Source: an uncultured delta proteobacterium | Lineage (GTDB): Bacteria > Myxococcota_A > Polyangia > Polyangiales > Houyiibacteriaceae | Length of the DNA: 64,000 bases | Direction of reading: 5' to 3' | Assembly (NCBI GenBank): GCA_963753395.1 | Contig: CAVWBW010000008.1 | Location: 206,511-270,510 of the forward strand | Shown: piece after piece, positions 63,509 to 64,000 of the stretch | Layout of the letters: the number at the start of each line of letters is the position of its first letter | Numbering within the stretch: position 1 is the first letter of the stretch | Program-made: the position numbers and the translations under genes | Notes under the pieces: model-generated | Told to the model about the DNA's origin: nothing | The model's input: only the letters and a program-made list of their open reading frames with translations | The model's database searches: none

Positions 63509-64000
63509 CTACTCGCTGAGCTCACTGAAGTAGAGCTCGATGTTGTCGAGGTAACGCGCCGCCCTGCGCCGCGCCAGCGTGTTGCTGAGACGGGCTTCTG
63601 GGAGCACGTCGCCCGCCTCGAGCACCTCCTCGAGGAGGGCCTTGAAGAGCTTGTCGTCGCCCACATTCACCGCGTAGTACCGAGCCATACTCATCTGAAC
63701 CATCAGGTTCCGTCGTTCGGTCTTGACGAGCACTTCGTCGAAAAGGAGCTTGGCGCGGTCCATGTCGGGCGGGAACTCAGAGGCCGCCAGGGTGGCCATC
63801 GTCATCTGCCCGATCATGAACATGAAGTCCGGGTCGAGCTCGACCGAATACCCGAGGAGCACTTTGGCGAGCGGCAGGTCGGCCACGGTGTCCATGTCCT
63901 CCATGCCCATGTTGATGCGCGCGCCGAGCGAAGCGCCTGACCACAATAGGATCGCCGCGTCCTCTTTCTCGATGAACACTTCTCGGAGCCAGGTGTCGAG
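63509..64000 (-). CDS. TatT-like helical-repeat (TPR-like) protein associated with a TRAP SBP (5' end beyond window)
   Basis: The reading frame stays open to the window edge (…LDTWLREVFIEKEDAAILLWSG…). Helical-repeat composition and a position immediately upstream of the DctP-like gene support the call. Assignment is tentative. Confidence 0.5.
   Translation of the reverse strand, partial: LDTWLREVFIEKEDAAILLWSGASLGARINMGMEDMDTVADLPLAKVLLGYSVELDPDFMFMIGQMTMATLAASEFPPDMDRAKLLFDEVLVKTERRNLMVQMSMARYYAVNVGDDKLFKALLEEVLEAGDVLPEARLSNTLARRRAARYLDNIELYFSELSE

Overview
High-GC (~68%) bacterial chromosomal segment. Gene content suggests a Myxococcota-like deltaproteobacterium (inference): Ser/Thr kinases, a PilZ protein and an Alternative Complex III. 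All calls rest on motif recognition in the ORF track plus my own reading of the DNA; no searches were run. Most of the window is densely packed housekeeping. It includes a partial atypical OmpR-type regulator, GAF, TlpA/DsbA, a PaaI thioesterase plus TPP enzyme, and an HDAC-fusion protein. Class-A RNase P RNA lies at 8127-8509 (-) with its own terminator. There is an ATPase-less peptide-type ABC cluster, pgsA, and serA-hisZ-purA, then RidA, xthA, an M1 aminopeptidase, a crotonase and MeaB. tRNA-Val(CAC) lies at 48459-48533 (-). Further genes are an S1-domain protein, a PilZ-macro pair, a polyferredoxin/FAD pair, two SDRs and a TatT/DctP pair. The largest unit is a tightly coupled 16-gene minus-strand operon (32740 down to 19045). 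It runs actABCDEF, two extra c-type cytochromes, an unannotated 36-aa membrane ORF, ctaC-ctaD-ctaE, subunit IV, a second subunit-III paralogue and a small CxxC membrane protein. The region that looks accessory, and possibly undescribed, is 54959-59606 (+). It holds a frameshift-decayed membrane pseudokinase coupled to a type IV pilin-like gene. These are followed by two paralogous secreted polyanionic Gly/Asp/Ser tandem-repeat proteins with Lys-rich tails. The paralogues flank a polytopic membrane protein with a GspG-like C-terminal domain. Each paralogue has its own duplicated AT-rich promoter-like leader. A ~165-nt hairpin-capable repeat element occurs twice in inverted orientation (16353-16516 and 48565-48774, the latter beside tRNA-Val). 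Many long ORFs in the track are antisense or alternative-frame shadows typical of high-GC DNA and were rejected.
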